Of a stretch of DNA of 64,000 bases, positions 32,621-45,082 are shown piece after piece. A model generated the notes under the pieces. That model made no database searches. It had not been told where the DNA came from and was given only the letters and a program-made list of their open reading frames with translations. This DNA comes from Zootoca vivipara. Lineage: Eukaryota. Location: positions 57,474,001-57,538,000 of the forward strand of contig NC_083283.1 in NCBI RefSeq assembly GCF_963506605.1, given 5' to 3'. Made by a program: the position numbers and the translations under genes. Numbering within the stretch: position 1 is the stretch's first letter; the number at the start of each line of letters is the position of its first letter.

Positions 32621-35600
32621 ATGGGGGACCCAAACTCCCGGAAGAAACAAGCTCTGAACAGACTTCGTGCTCAGCTTAAAAAGAAAAAAGAATCTCTAGC
32701 TGACCAGTTTGATTTCAAGATGTATATTGCCTTTGTATTCAAAGACAAGGTAATTTCCTTTTTGGTTGTTTGACTTTTCTATTGAGTGACTCCTTACCTT
32801 TGTTAGCACTCTTAAAATTACAACCTGAGAATGAATGTGGAGAGCATGGGAAAAATCTTTTCCACTGTGTTTTCATCATGCCTAGGCTGTAGCTTTGATG
32901 TTCAATTTTGAATCATGATCTTCATTCCTTATGCGCTGGGTATCTTAACAAAACCTTGCACAACTTTCAAAATGTGCCATGTGAGAGTTAATACTGCATT
33001 GTGGGCTATGGTTGCACACAAATCTAGGGAAAACATAAAACTGAATTTTGGAGACTCAGCACTTTGAATTTTAATGGGAGGTGCATTTTTGCTTAAGCAT
33101 GTGCTTCAGCATCCATTTATCTCTAAATTTAGGTTTGCAATAAGTTTTGGGTGTTGCCCAGTTCTTAGGTTTGCAGTAAGTTTGTTTTTCTTAAGTTTTA
33201 AAAGCATTGTAATGACAGACTGCTTAGAAATGATTGAAATGCAACATGTTCTTTGTTTTCCCTGATTAGAGGAAAAAGTCAGCGCTCTTTGAAGTGTCTG
33301 AAGTCATACCAGTCATGACCAATAATTATGAAGAAAATATCCTGAAAGGTGTGCGGGATTCCAGCTATTCCTTGGAAAGTTCCATAGAGCTTCTACAAAA
33401 GGATGTGGTTCAGCTGCATGCACCCCGCTATCAGTCTATGCGCAGGGTAAAATATTTAATGTTCTGTCATTTGTTTCAGAGGTCAACATTTTAAAAGGCT
33501 ATTAATGCTGCTAGTTGTATTTCTATATCAAAGATCTAGATATAATTAGCAGGATTAAAAGGACTACTTTAGATGTACCCAATGACTTACATGTCTTAGT
33601 GGGATCCCCCCCCTGAACAGACTATACCCCAAACTGCTGATGGAACTTTTGCAGCATAGAGGCGGTTGAAGTGGGGGTATGTACAGTAGTTTGAAGTTCA
33701 GTGTGTCACTGCTAAAGGGTTTTTTGGATGCTGCCTATCAGGTGGTAAAGCTGTACAGTGGACCCTCGATTTACGTACCGCTCTGGATACGTAACTTTCG
33801 GGTTGCGAACGTGGCAAACCCGGAAGTGTATACTACGGTACTAGGTTTTACCACGTGCGCATGCGGAGAAGCACTCTGTGCGCCACAAGCATGCACAGAA
33901 GTGCTTTACGCACCACGTGTGTGCACAGAAGCTGCGCCTCCAGTTACGGACTTTTCAGGTTAAGTATGGACCCCCAGAATGAATTTAATTCGTATCCGGA
34001 GAGTCCCTTGTATTTGAATATTTAGTATGCTTTGTCTAGAAGACACACTGATTTACTTGGGCCTTTCACACCACCCGCCTATTCGCTTGACTGTCATTTA
34101 AGTTATTTTAATGTTGTATTCTTAATTGTAACCCACTCTAGGACAGGTGGGTAATATTAATACTACTGCCAAATAATAATAGTTTTGTTACTGTTTTGCT
34201 CTATCCATCTTGTATTGTATACATCACTTATTAAGTGGAATATAAGTTTTCATTATCCTGACCCTCAATATTTTAACAAGTTTGTCTCTTGGTAAAAGTA
34301 TATGTGAGAAAAAGGCAAGGAGAAAAAATTAGAATTGTGGAACTGGAATATTGGCAGGGACATATGAGATGAATGATTGCTTTATATCTCTTGCAGAAAT
34401 TCAACATAGTGGCTTAAGTTCTATTTTGAGAGAGGAGGGGCTGCTTCTGTCACAATCCAGCAGAGGCTTATCCTAGTGGAAGGGGAAGCAACTTTTGCAA
34501 AGCCCCTTCCCCCACTGTTCTATAGGGTTTCCTATCCCTCAAACATTTCTTGCAGGGTGAGGACAAGAATTGCATAGGGAAGTGAGAATTGAAGAAAGCT
34601 TCCTCCCATTTCTGGCAGGAGTGTCCCATGAATGGGAAGGGAACTCCAGATTCAGTTCATACCAGTTGAACTGAAACAAAATATACTCTTAAGCTAAATA
34701 ATCTCTTAAGCTAAAAATACAATTATTATAAGCTGTCTTTTTGATTTTGCATATTTTTGATGAAGACAGCAAGACAACATAAAAATGTAAATGTGATAAA
34801 AGTGGGTGTATTTGCTGATGGGGATATCATTTTAGTTTGGGCAGTTTTTCAAATCCAGAAAGTTTGTTCCCATAAGAATTAAATTACTAGGACTGGGTTC
34901 CGATTTCCACGTTACAAATGTAAAGTTGGCAGATAGGCAGGCTGTGTTGTAGTGCTTAAGAATAAAAGCCTATTATAGATGTATGAAAGGTATACAAACC
35001 ATTTGAATTACAATTATTTTTGCTTCTCAAACATGATATGTGTGTGTGTCCTCCCACTAGATTGTTGGGACACTATTAATTTTATTCATGTCCTTAACAG
35101 GATGTGATTGGCTGTACACAAGAGATGGACTTCATACTTTGGCCTCGGAATGATATTGAGAAGATAGTCTGTCTTCTGTTTTCTAGGTGGAAGGGATCGG
35201 ATGATGAGCCCTTTAGGCCTGTTCAGGTATGATATAGGTTGTGGGGGGATGTGGGGGTGTACCCAGGTAAAGTGCTACTAAAATCCAAATAAGCCATTAG
35301 CACTTTTAATGAATACCACTTTTTCTTATTGGTGGTTATAGTGAATTGTGGTATGTTTTTGTAACCATTTAAGGTGTTTGTATGATTACAAAGGCAGAAT
35401 GTTGTCACTGAATGTACCTAAGCAGATGTTTTAAGTCTAGTAAGCATTTAGGGTAAGAAGTTACTTACCATAGTTTATTTTGTCTCTGGATTGATAAACT
35501 TGCCAGAAGCTTTTACCAATACAGCATGGAGTACTGCATTTGCGATAGTCATCATTTTTGTTTATATAAAGTTAAGCATGGGGTTCTTCAAATGTACTGC

Positions 35601-36687
35601 CATTAGAAAAGGGGGGATATACTGATGTAATAATCAAATTTAAACTATATCTCCATTAGCTATAATTTCAAGTTGTTCCTGCGATTTCTCTATTCTGCAC
35701 TTGGATGCATTGCATACGTGAACCTTGACTTAAGATTGGTTTTCCTTGAACCTCTTTTATTAAAACTTTTGTTACATCCCCCCCCCCAAAACAGGCCAGG
35801 TTTGAATTTCATCATGGTGACTATGAAAAACAGTTTCTGCATGTACTGAGCCGAAAGGACAAGACTGGAATTGTTATCAACAACCCTAACCAGTCAGTGT
35901 TTCTCTTCATTGACCGACAGCACTTGCAGGTAGCCATCTCCCAGTGCATACCTGTTTTTCCTTATGCTCTTGTTTGCCTCTTTTCTATTATTTAACAGCT
36001 GTCTGCTTGGCTTCACTACAGTCAAGAGGTACAGATACAACCAGTTGCCATGACAGAATGCTAAATGATCAGCATTCCTTTTCTATGGCAAAATGTGCAA
36101 TATGTTACTAACACTAAGTTTGTGGGGGTATACTTTATAAGTATTGATTTGCTCTGCTTTGAGTGCAGTGAAGCTATCTGATTGGGTGTGTTTCTATTAG
36201 ATTTAGGAACTGAGGTGGTGGGGATTTGCAAGTGTGCATCAGTATCATTTGTCATTCATTGAGACTGCTTCTGCTTGTCCGCTTTTAAAACACAATAAAG
36301 ATTTGCGTATGTACTTAAGCGAGAAAAGATGGTACAGGTCCCCTGCTGGAGAAGGCAGATTTTAGAAATCTGGCGATCAATTTATATATTCAGCAAGCAC
36401 CACAAAATTGTTAGTTATGCTTTTATGTTGCACCGCCATTAGTTTATTTTCTGTTGCTTCTGAAAGTATGAGCTGAGGGAATATGTGAAGTTTGTTTTTC
36501 CACACAGTGCTGTTTATAAAATATTCTCGTGTCTTGAAATAGTTTATGTATCTCTTTCCAGACTCCAAAAAACAAAGCTACAATCTTCAAGTTATGCAGC
36601 ATCTGCCTATATCTGCCACAAGAGCAGCTCACCCACTGGGCGGTTGGTACCGTAGAGGATCACCTCCGTCCTTACATGCCAGAATAG
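32621..36687 (+). CDS. C6orf62: Uncharacterized conserved protein C6orf62 homolog, 5 coding exons, 230 aa
   Basis: Exons 32621-32749 ([43 protein letters not shown]), 33270-33446, 35101-35226, 35795-35929 and 36562-36687 (...[17 protein letters not shown]). All junctions are phase 0; 693 nt. Confidence 0.95.
33756..34010. mobile_element. Tigger/pogo-type MITE in C6orf62 intron 2
   Basis: TA|CAGTGGACCCTCGATTTACG...CGTATCCGGAGAGTCCCTTG|TA. Confidence 0.7.
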
Positions 36688-38314
36688 GGTACTGGCCAGC
36701 AAAATGGGGAAGATCACAGAATGCAGGAGTGCAGTTTTCACTTTTCTCACCATTTATTCTTTCGGAATAGAAGAAAATGGACACATGTTCAGAACACTAT
36801 CCATCGTGGAACTTGATCATCCTGGATTATTTTCTTTTATCATTTGTATCTCAGAACTTTTAAATTTTTTTTAGATGTTTTCTGCATGGACCTTGTGAAA
36901 GAGAATGCTCTGCATATTTCTGCATTGTATGAGCATCCTACCAAAATGTGAAACGGAGGGACTGTTATACACTGAAAGAAATGTATCTGAGAGCACAAAG
37001 TGATCATATATGGTGGTGTTCCCATTTGTGCTGGTCATGTCCCCTAATATCAGTATTCATAGGGTGAGAAATGAATGTAATGGTGTGAAAGCCATAAGCT
37101 TTGCTGTTAACACGATTGTATCAGATTCATGAATAGGTCTATGGCTTGTTACAGTAGATGGCTAAATGTGGGAAAGAAATCTTTTAAGGGAAAAATGCAT
37201 CTCATTTGGTGTAGGCATTAATTGCCTCTTTTATTTTGCTTGGCCTTGTTTGAGTTTCCTGGCATTCTCACTTTTGGATCTCTTTCCCCAGTTTGCTGTG
37301 TAACTAAATGTAGAGTGTTCTGTTGAGTTGAATACATTTTTACAGACCTGGAGTCTGAAGTAGCCTAAAGCAGCTAAATTTAAGATAGCAGCTGCAGAAA
37401 CCATGTTGGCAGAGGATTATTATTTTTTCCCTGACAGTTGACTTGTGAACTGTAGGAAATACTGGTTTCCAAAACATTTCTTATGGAAAACCCTCTGAGG
37501 TTCTTTTTTGGGGGGAGGGGAGGAATAAAGCAGTTGTGGATTTAATTGTAAAATATTGTTTGGAGTGTCAAAAGTTGGTTTTGACAGAACATATTTTGTT
37601 TAAGATTGTGCAATGAACATAAGGAAGACTACTGTATAGCTTTGGCAAAGAAAACTTTGCTTAAAAGGTTGAGTAATTTGACTGAAGTAAATCTGTATAA
37701 GCCTACTCCCTTGGGGTTAAACTAGTGCTTATCTGTTTAAAAAAATCTGTATTTAGCTTTTGTTTGGAATTGGAAAAAAATTAAAAATAAACAAATTAGG
37801 TGAACAAAGACTGCTAAGTTCATTTATTTTAAAAATGTAAATTCAAAATCAATTGGCAGTGTTCACATGTAACAATGAATTAAATTTCCTGGTTTATTAT
37901 GGATGAGTGGCAGTACACATTCATATTCCTCCCGTGAGTGGAATACACCAGGAAGCTGTGGCTTTCTGTTACATTAGAACCAACGATTACCTGCTCTTTA
38001 ACAAGTGATTAACAGGAAGAAAACAAACCATGGCATAAGGTTGGCTAGGGGTAGTTGCTTGTTAGGGACAAGCAAGCTCTGCACTCTGGTTTGGACAGAA
38101 CAGGAAGCAAAGCTTCCTGGTTTGTTTCCTCTAGCATAATAGCACAAGTGGAATATTGAGCAAGGTCTACCACTATGCTCACAGAAAGCCTGGCTTATAA
38201 AACGGACGTTGTATAAATGTAGATTTTCATAAGGTTTCTATAACCAATACATTAAAATTCTATATAAAACATGGCAAATCACTTTTGAAACCCAATTAAA
38301 GGGAGAAGTCTTCA

Positions 38315-38504
38315 TTGTTGTTGTTGTTTAATCGTTTAGTCGTGTCCGACTCTTCGTGACCCCATGGACCATAGCACGCCAGGCACTTCTTTCTTCCACT
38401 GCCTCCCGCAGTTTGGTCACTCATGTTCGTAGCTTCGAGAACACTGTCCAACCATCTCGTCCTCTGTCGCCCCCTTCTCCTAGTGCCCTCAATCTTTCCC
38501 AACA
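38315..38504 (-). mobile_element. Bov-B LINE 3' fragment
   Basis: Matches 39942-40130; encodes MLGKIEGTRRRGRQRTRWLDSVLEAT; (CAA)n tail. Confidence 0.9.
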
Positions 38505-38752
38505 TAATAATGCACGAAGGACTACAATTTGGAGGGAGAATGTCACATTTCACCAGGCCAGAGGTGTGCACCTAAAATAGCTTTTGGGAGCCAGGCTGAT
38601 GTTATGAAGTACCAAAGGGATTTTTTCCCCATTCCCAACCCATTTTAAAGGGGAAAATGTTCTTTTGATAATTAGCAGAGTATATTTCCTTACCCACCAG
38701 GTAACCGCACAGCACAAGCTTGAGTTCTAACACTGCACCCTCAGAAATCAAC

Positions 38753-38889
38753 ATGGGTGGGGAACCTTTGCCTCTCCAAATGTTGCTGAACTACAACTCT
38801 CATAAGCCTTGACTATTGATCAAGCTGGCTGGGACTGATGGAAGACATACTTCAGCAATATGGAGGGCCGAAAGTTCCCCAACGCCCCT
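38753..38889. mobile_element. Degraded palindromic hAT MITE
   Basis: GGGGAACCTTTG...ACTACAACTC...GAAAGTTCCCC pattern. Confidence 0.6.
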
Positions 38890-39941
38890 CTAAACAGTCA
38901 AAGGGCAGGGCCACAGTAAGCAGCACAGCACATGCTTGGCATCCAAAAGATCCCAGGATCAGTCCACAAAATCTCCAGGAAGGTCTATGTAGGATTCCAG
39001 TTTGGAAAGCTGAAGAGTCGCAGCTAGTCAGGGTTAACAACGCTGAGCTAGATGGTCTGACTTTGTATATATCTCCCTAAAGAATCCTGCAAGACGAATC
39101 GCAACACCAAGATCAATATGCAGCAATATAGGTTCTGCCATCAACAAACCACAGTGATCAAAACAGCTAAATTTTGTGAGCCAGCAATGAGAGCTGCTCC
39201 TGTCTATTAAATACAAATGTCAGCCACGTAACCACACTTCTGAAAGTAGCAGGCATTTTCTATCTGTACTATCACCACCCATTCATTACAGCCACAGCCA
39301 TTCCCCGTTGCTAACTATTTTATTGGCTTCCCTACAGTTTTGCTCTCCCTGCCCCTCCCCACTTTTATTCCCTTGCTCAGATCGGGGATCTTTGAAAGCG
39401 GGGAAGGATGAGATAAGTGCCAAGCTCAAAGCTGCAAGGAATTGAAATGCAATTTAACTCCGGCAGTCCAAATTCTGGAAAGCTTTTAAGAGGAATGAGA
39501 ACTCTCCGGTGAGAAGGAGCTATTTCACCCCCTGCCACTCCTATCACAGGACATTAGAAGCACTTTACAGAATCTGGGCCAGATTGTTCCAAAACAAGAT
39601 TAGCAGGCATGCTGCTAGAGTAATTCAAGCTCTGCTGCTGTCACCTTCACCACCCCGACCCTCCAGTTTTGCATCAGTTCTCTTAATGTTGTTGCTGGTC
39701 TTAGGAAGCAAATAGGACTGGCAAGGAATCCGTGCTCTATAGGCGCACAATGATGGTGGTTGTAATAGACTGCAGCCACTTGGTTGATGGACTGCCTTAT
39801 GAATCTTTGTGCCACCAGGAAAGGCGACCATTAGACTCTTGGGGATTTCAAATTACTGTTTTCCCACCAAGCTAACAATCTGCTCCTGACCCAGTTTTAA
39901 CACCAAAAGCAACGGTGTCTTGTAGCACCTTAAATACTACT

Positions 39942-42373
39942 GTTGTTGTTGTTTAGTCGTTTAGTCGTGTCCGACTCTTCGTGACCCCATGGACCATAGC
40001 ACGCCAGGCACTCCTGTCTTGCACTGCCTCCCGCAGTTTGGTCAAACTCATGTTCGTAGCTTCGAGAACACTGTCCAACCATCTTGTCCTCTGACGTCCC
40101 CTTCTCCTTGTGCCCTCCATCTTTCCCAACATCAGGGTCTTTTCCAAGGATTCTTCTCTTCTCATGAGGTGGCCAAAGTATTGGAGCCTCAGCTTCACGA
40201 TCTGTCCTTCCAGGGAGCACTCAGGGCTGATTTCCTTCAGAATGGATAGGTTTGATCTTCTAGCAGTCCATGGGACTCTCAAGAGTCTCCTCCAGCACCA
40301 TAATTCAAAAGCATCAATTCTTCGGCGATCAGCCTTCTTTATGGTCCAGCTCTCACTTCCATACATCACTACTGGGAAAACCATAGCTTTAACTATACGG
40401 ACCTTTGTCGGCAAGGTGATGTCTCTGCTTTTTAAGATGCTGTCTAGGTTTGTCATTGCTTTTCTCCCAAGAAGCAGGCGTCTTTTAATTTCGTGACTGC
40501 TGTCACCATCTGCAGTAATCAAGGAGCCCAAGAAAGTAAAATCTCTCACTGCCTCCATTTCTTCCCCTTCTATTTGCCAGGAGGTGATGGGACCAGTGGC
40601 CATGATCTTGGTTTTTTTGATGTTGAGCTTCAGACCATATTTTGCGCTCTCCTCTTTCACCCTCATTAAAAGGTTCTTTAATTCCTCCTCGCTTTCTGCC
40701 ATCAAGGTTGTGTCATCTGCATATCTGAGGTTGTTGATATTTCTTCCGGCAATCTTAATTCCGGCTTGGGATTCATCTAGTCCAGCCTTTCGCATGATGA
40801 ATTCTGCATATAAGTTAAATAAGCAGGGAGACAATATACAACCTTGTCGTACTCCTTTCCCAATTTTGAACCACTCAGTTGTTCCATATCCAGTTCTAAC
40901 TGTAGCTTCTTGTCCCACATAGAGATTTCTCAGGAGACAGATGAGGTGATCAGGCACTCCCATTTCTTTAAGAACTTGCCATAGTTTGCTGTGGTCGACA
41001 CAGTCAAAGGCTTTTGCATAGTCAATGAAGCAGAAGTAGATGTTTTTCTGGAACTCTCTAGCTTTCTCCATAATCCAGCGCATGTTTGCTATTTGGTCTC
41101 TGGTTCCTCTGCCCTTTCGAAATCCAGCTTGCACTTCTGGGAGTTCTCGGTCCACATACTGCCTAAGCCTGCCTTGTAGAATTTTAAGCATAACCTTGCT
41201 AGCGTGTGAAATGAGCGCAATAGTGCGGTAGTTGGAGCATTCTTTGGCACTGCCCTTCTTTGGAATTGGGATGTAGACTGATCTTCTCCAATCCTCTGGC
41301 CATTGCTGAGTTTTCCAAACTTGCTGGCATATTGGGTGTAGCACCTTAACAGCATCATCTTTTAAAATTTTAAATAGTTCAGCTGGAATATCATCACTTC
41401 CACTGGCCTTGTTATTAGCAGTGCTTTCTAAGGCCCATTTGACTTCACTCTCCAAGATGTCTGGCTCAAGGTCAGCAACCACACTACCTGGGGTGTACGA
41501 AACCTCCATGTCTTTCTGGTATAATTCCTCTGTGTATTCTTGCCACCTCTTCTTGATGTCTTCTGCTTCTGTTAGGTCCTTACCACTTTTGTCCTTGATT
41601 ATGGTAATCTTTGTACGAAATGTTCCTTTCATATCTCCAATTTTCTTGAACAGATCTCTGGTTTTCCCCATTCTATTGTTTTCCTCTATTTCTTTGCATT
41701 GCTCATTTAAGAAGACCCTCTTGTCTCTCCTTGCTGTTTTTTGGAAATCTGCATTCAGTTTCCTGTATCTTTCCCTATCTCCCTTGCATTTTGCTTGCCT
41801 CCTCTCCTCCGCTATTTGTAAGGCCTCGTTGGACAGCCATTTTGCTTTCTTGCATTTCCTTTTCCTTGGGATGGTTTTCGTTGCTGCCTCCTGTATAATG
41901 TTACGAGCCTCCATCCATAGTTCTTCAGGCACTCTGTCCACCAAATCTAAATCCTTAAACCTGTTCCTCACTTCCACTGTGTATTCATAAGGGATTTGAT
42001 TCAGATTGTATCTTCCTGGCCCAGTGGTTTTTCCTACTTTCTTCAGTTTAAGCTGGAATTTTGCTATAAGAAGCTGATGATCTGAGTTACAGTCAGCTCC
42101 AGGTCTTGTTTTTGCTGATTGTATAGAGCTTCTCCATCTTTGGCTGCAGAGAATATAATCAATCTGATTTCGATGCTGCCCATTTGGTGATAACCATGTG
42201 TAGAGTCGTCTCTTGTGTTGTTGGAAGAGAGTGTTTGTGATGACCAGCTTGTTCTCTTGACAGAACTCTATTAGCCTTTGCCCTGCTTCATTTTGAACTC
42301 CAAGGCCAAACTTGCCAGTTGTTCCTTTTATCTCTTGATTCCCTACTTTAGCATTCCAATCCCCTGTAATGAG
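39942..42373 (-). mobile_element. 5'-truncated Bov-B (RTE clade) LINE with an uninterrupted ORF (partial endonuclease + reverse transcriptase)
   Basis: About 805 element-derived codons open to the stop at 39953: ITGDWNAKVG, QIDYIL, SDHQLL (APE); FIDYAKAFD, GVRQGCILSP, YADD (RT). (CAA)n tail; 10-bp TSD AAATACTACT at 39932-39941 and 42374-42383. Confidence 0.95.
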
Positions 42374-43632
42374 AAATACTACTAGATTAGTTATTACATA
42401 ACCTTTTTTTTGGACTCCAGCCCACTTCAAGCAGATGCATGTATTACTGTATACACAGTTGGCAGGTAGAATGTGGGCATAGTCAAGATGGAGGAAGTTA
42501 ACCTGAATCATTACTTGTTGGGGGGGGCACTTAAATTCACACAAATTTGGGCATGTAGCACTAAATCACAATTTAATGTTAGCAGGCCAATAAATGTGCA
42601 ACGAATGATCATTTACAATAGCAGTATTGGGTGATAATTGTTCTGGTTCTGCTGTGCTAATTCAGCAACTATAGTTGGAGAACTTCCCAACTTCCTGGCT
42701 TGTCATTCAGTGTGAACCAGGAGTTGTTGGTTTTTTTTTAAATAGTCAACTGCAAAACAAGGCAGGGCCAAACCACCAGTAATGAAGCTAGCTTGTTTAA
42801 ACCAGAGTTTGTCGTTAAGAATTCATAGTTCATACTTAAATATAAGCAAAATGGAACCATGGGTTATTCCTTATTCCAGACCCAAAGAAGGATGCATAGA
42901 GGGGGCAAACAGAAGCCCGAGGCTTTGCTCACAGAGGCTTATGCAAGAATACTAACTCATTGGTTAGTGTTTTTTCCAAGCTGGCCCGTTGTGAATAAAT
43001 TTGAACTTTGTATAGAAATGTCACATAGTAGATCCAATGAATATAAGGTAAATTTTGGATGGCACATGAGTTGGGTGCATTATACCCACAAACCAAATTT
43101 CTCTTCTATGCTCTATCCTGATTGTAATTATTAGTAAACCCTCTCCATTTACATAATTGTCCCAAAAACACAAGAGGAAGAACTACTCCATAAAAAAGAT
43201 TTAACATTAATAAAAGACCACAAAATCCAAATTAGATAAACCTTATTGGACAAGGTGAACATTGGCTCTCATTATAAACATCTGTAATGATACAATCAGT
43301 CTGGCCTCCCTTTGACTAGTTCCATAATGAAGGTACCATTGCTTGATCGAGGTCTGCATACTTCCACTTCCACCTCAGGTGGTCTCCAGAGCAATCCTAA
43401 TAGACATAAGGGCCCATAGATTACAGCTGCGACATACATAAAAATAAGAATATAAAGGCATTCTGTGATATGCCCCGAAAGTAAGTTTTCAGAACCAGAA
43501 AACACCCACAACTTTTTTAGTTGTGAGAGCCCCTTTGTAGGCCAATAGTGCAATCCTACGTATATCCACTTAAAAGCAAGTTCCACTAAGTTCAATGGGG
43601 CCAAATCCTAGGTAAATGAGTATAGGACTGTA

Positions 43633-44015
43633 AAGGAAAGGTAAAAAGGTAAAGGACCCCGGGATGGTTAAGTCCAGTCAAAGGCAATTATGGGGTTGTG
43701 GCGCTCATCTCACTTTCAGGCCGAGGGAGCCGGTGTTTGTCAACAGGCAGTTTTCAGGGTCATGTGGCCAGCATGACTAAACTGCTACTGGCGCAACGGA
43801 ACACTGACGGAAACCAGAGTGCACAGAAACGCCGTTTACCTTCCCGCTGTTGCGGTACCTATTTATCTACTTGCACTGGCATGCTTTTGAACTGCTAGGT
43901 TGGCAGGAGCTGGGACAGAGCAACGGGAGCTCACTCCGTCGTGGGGATTTGAACTGCTGACCTTCTGATCAGCAAGCCCAAGAGGCCCGGTGGTTTAGAC
44001 CACAGCACCACCTGC
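43633..44015 (-). mobile_element. Sauria SINE, more diverged subfamily
   Basis: AAAGGTAAAGGACCCC...GGTCATGTGGCCAGCATGAC...CACAGCACCACC. Confidence 0.85.
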
Positions 44016-44915
44016 ACCGCTATATCCTAAATCAACTGGGGGGGGGAATACACACAAGCAAAGTTTATAAAACCAAGTTTATTGAAAACTGTTGAGTTGT
44101 CACCATACTGAACTTCCTTTTTAACACAGGGTTCATGCTTTAGATTCATTATTTTGGAAGGAAAAGTACCCTTTTAAGATGAATTCACTTTATTCATTGT
44201 TCAATAATACCTACAAATTAACAGAGGAAGAAGTAGTTTATGCTTAGTTTGGCAGTCATTCACCACTGGATTCAAAGTACGCACTGGTCAGTCCAAACAC
44301 TTTGGCTGAAAGGAGCAACATGGAAGTCATCTGCAAACATTCTCAGCTGGACATATAGCCACCCATCTGCAAAGAGGAGGACTCCTTCAATTTGCAGAAG
44401 GGACTGAGATTTCACAGAGACTTCTTGCTGGAGTAACCATGTGTGTACATGTGCACACAAGAGGCAATTTTCACCAATTCCTCCTGGAGGCTTCCTCAGC
44501 CATCGAAAGCAGAACCCCCCCCCATCACCGCTCCTCCTTTCAGTGAAAAACATCCTGGAGGCAGAGGCCTACCCCTGGAGATTCTGAACCCATCCCAACC
44601 CAAAAGCACCAGCATCAGAACCTCTTCCACAAATGGTCCCCAGGTTTCAGATGCTGGAACACTTCAGTTCAGACAGTTTTATCCATCTTTTCTTTGTATC
44701 TTTCTCTTCAGGAATCAAACCAGTATTTATCACAGCAACACATTTTTCTGGCAATGACAAATTGTTGCTATTTAACATTGGTATCCTGCTTCCTGGCACA
44801 TGAACACACAGCATCCCTTCCAATCCCCAAGAGATGGCTTACAATAAAATACACATGGAATAATAAACATTGTCTGACTTACTTCAATAAAATAATGCTA
44901 CTCTGTTCTTTAAAG

Positions 44916-45051
44916 CAGTGTTTCCCAACCTTGGGTCTCCAACTGTATTTGGACTACAACTCCCATCATCCCTAGTTAGCAAGACCAGTGGTCAGGGATG
45001 ATGGGAATTGTAGTCCGAAAACAGCTGGAGACCCAAGGTTGGGAAACACTG
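44916..45051. mobile_element. Palindromic hAT MITE in the ACOT13 3'UTR
   Basis: CAGTGTTTCCCAACCTTGGGTCTCCA...TGGAGACCCAAGGTTGGGAAACACTG; perfect TSD CTTTAAAG at 44908-44915 and 45052-45059. Confidence 0.9.
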
Positions 45052-45082
45052 CTTTAAAGAAAGTGACTACTTACTTCTATGA

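Noticed and set aside
40110-41990. Plus-strand ORFs of 60-190 aa
   Set aside because: Antisense shadows of the Bov-B ORF.
42374-42544. N-terminal ~57 aa of the 863-aa ORF
   Set aside because: It lies outside the Bov-B TSD and is flanking DNA in frame by chance; the LINE is 5'-truncated.
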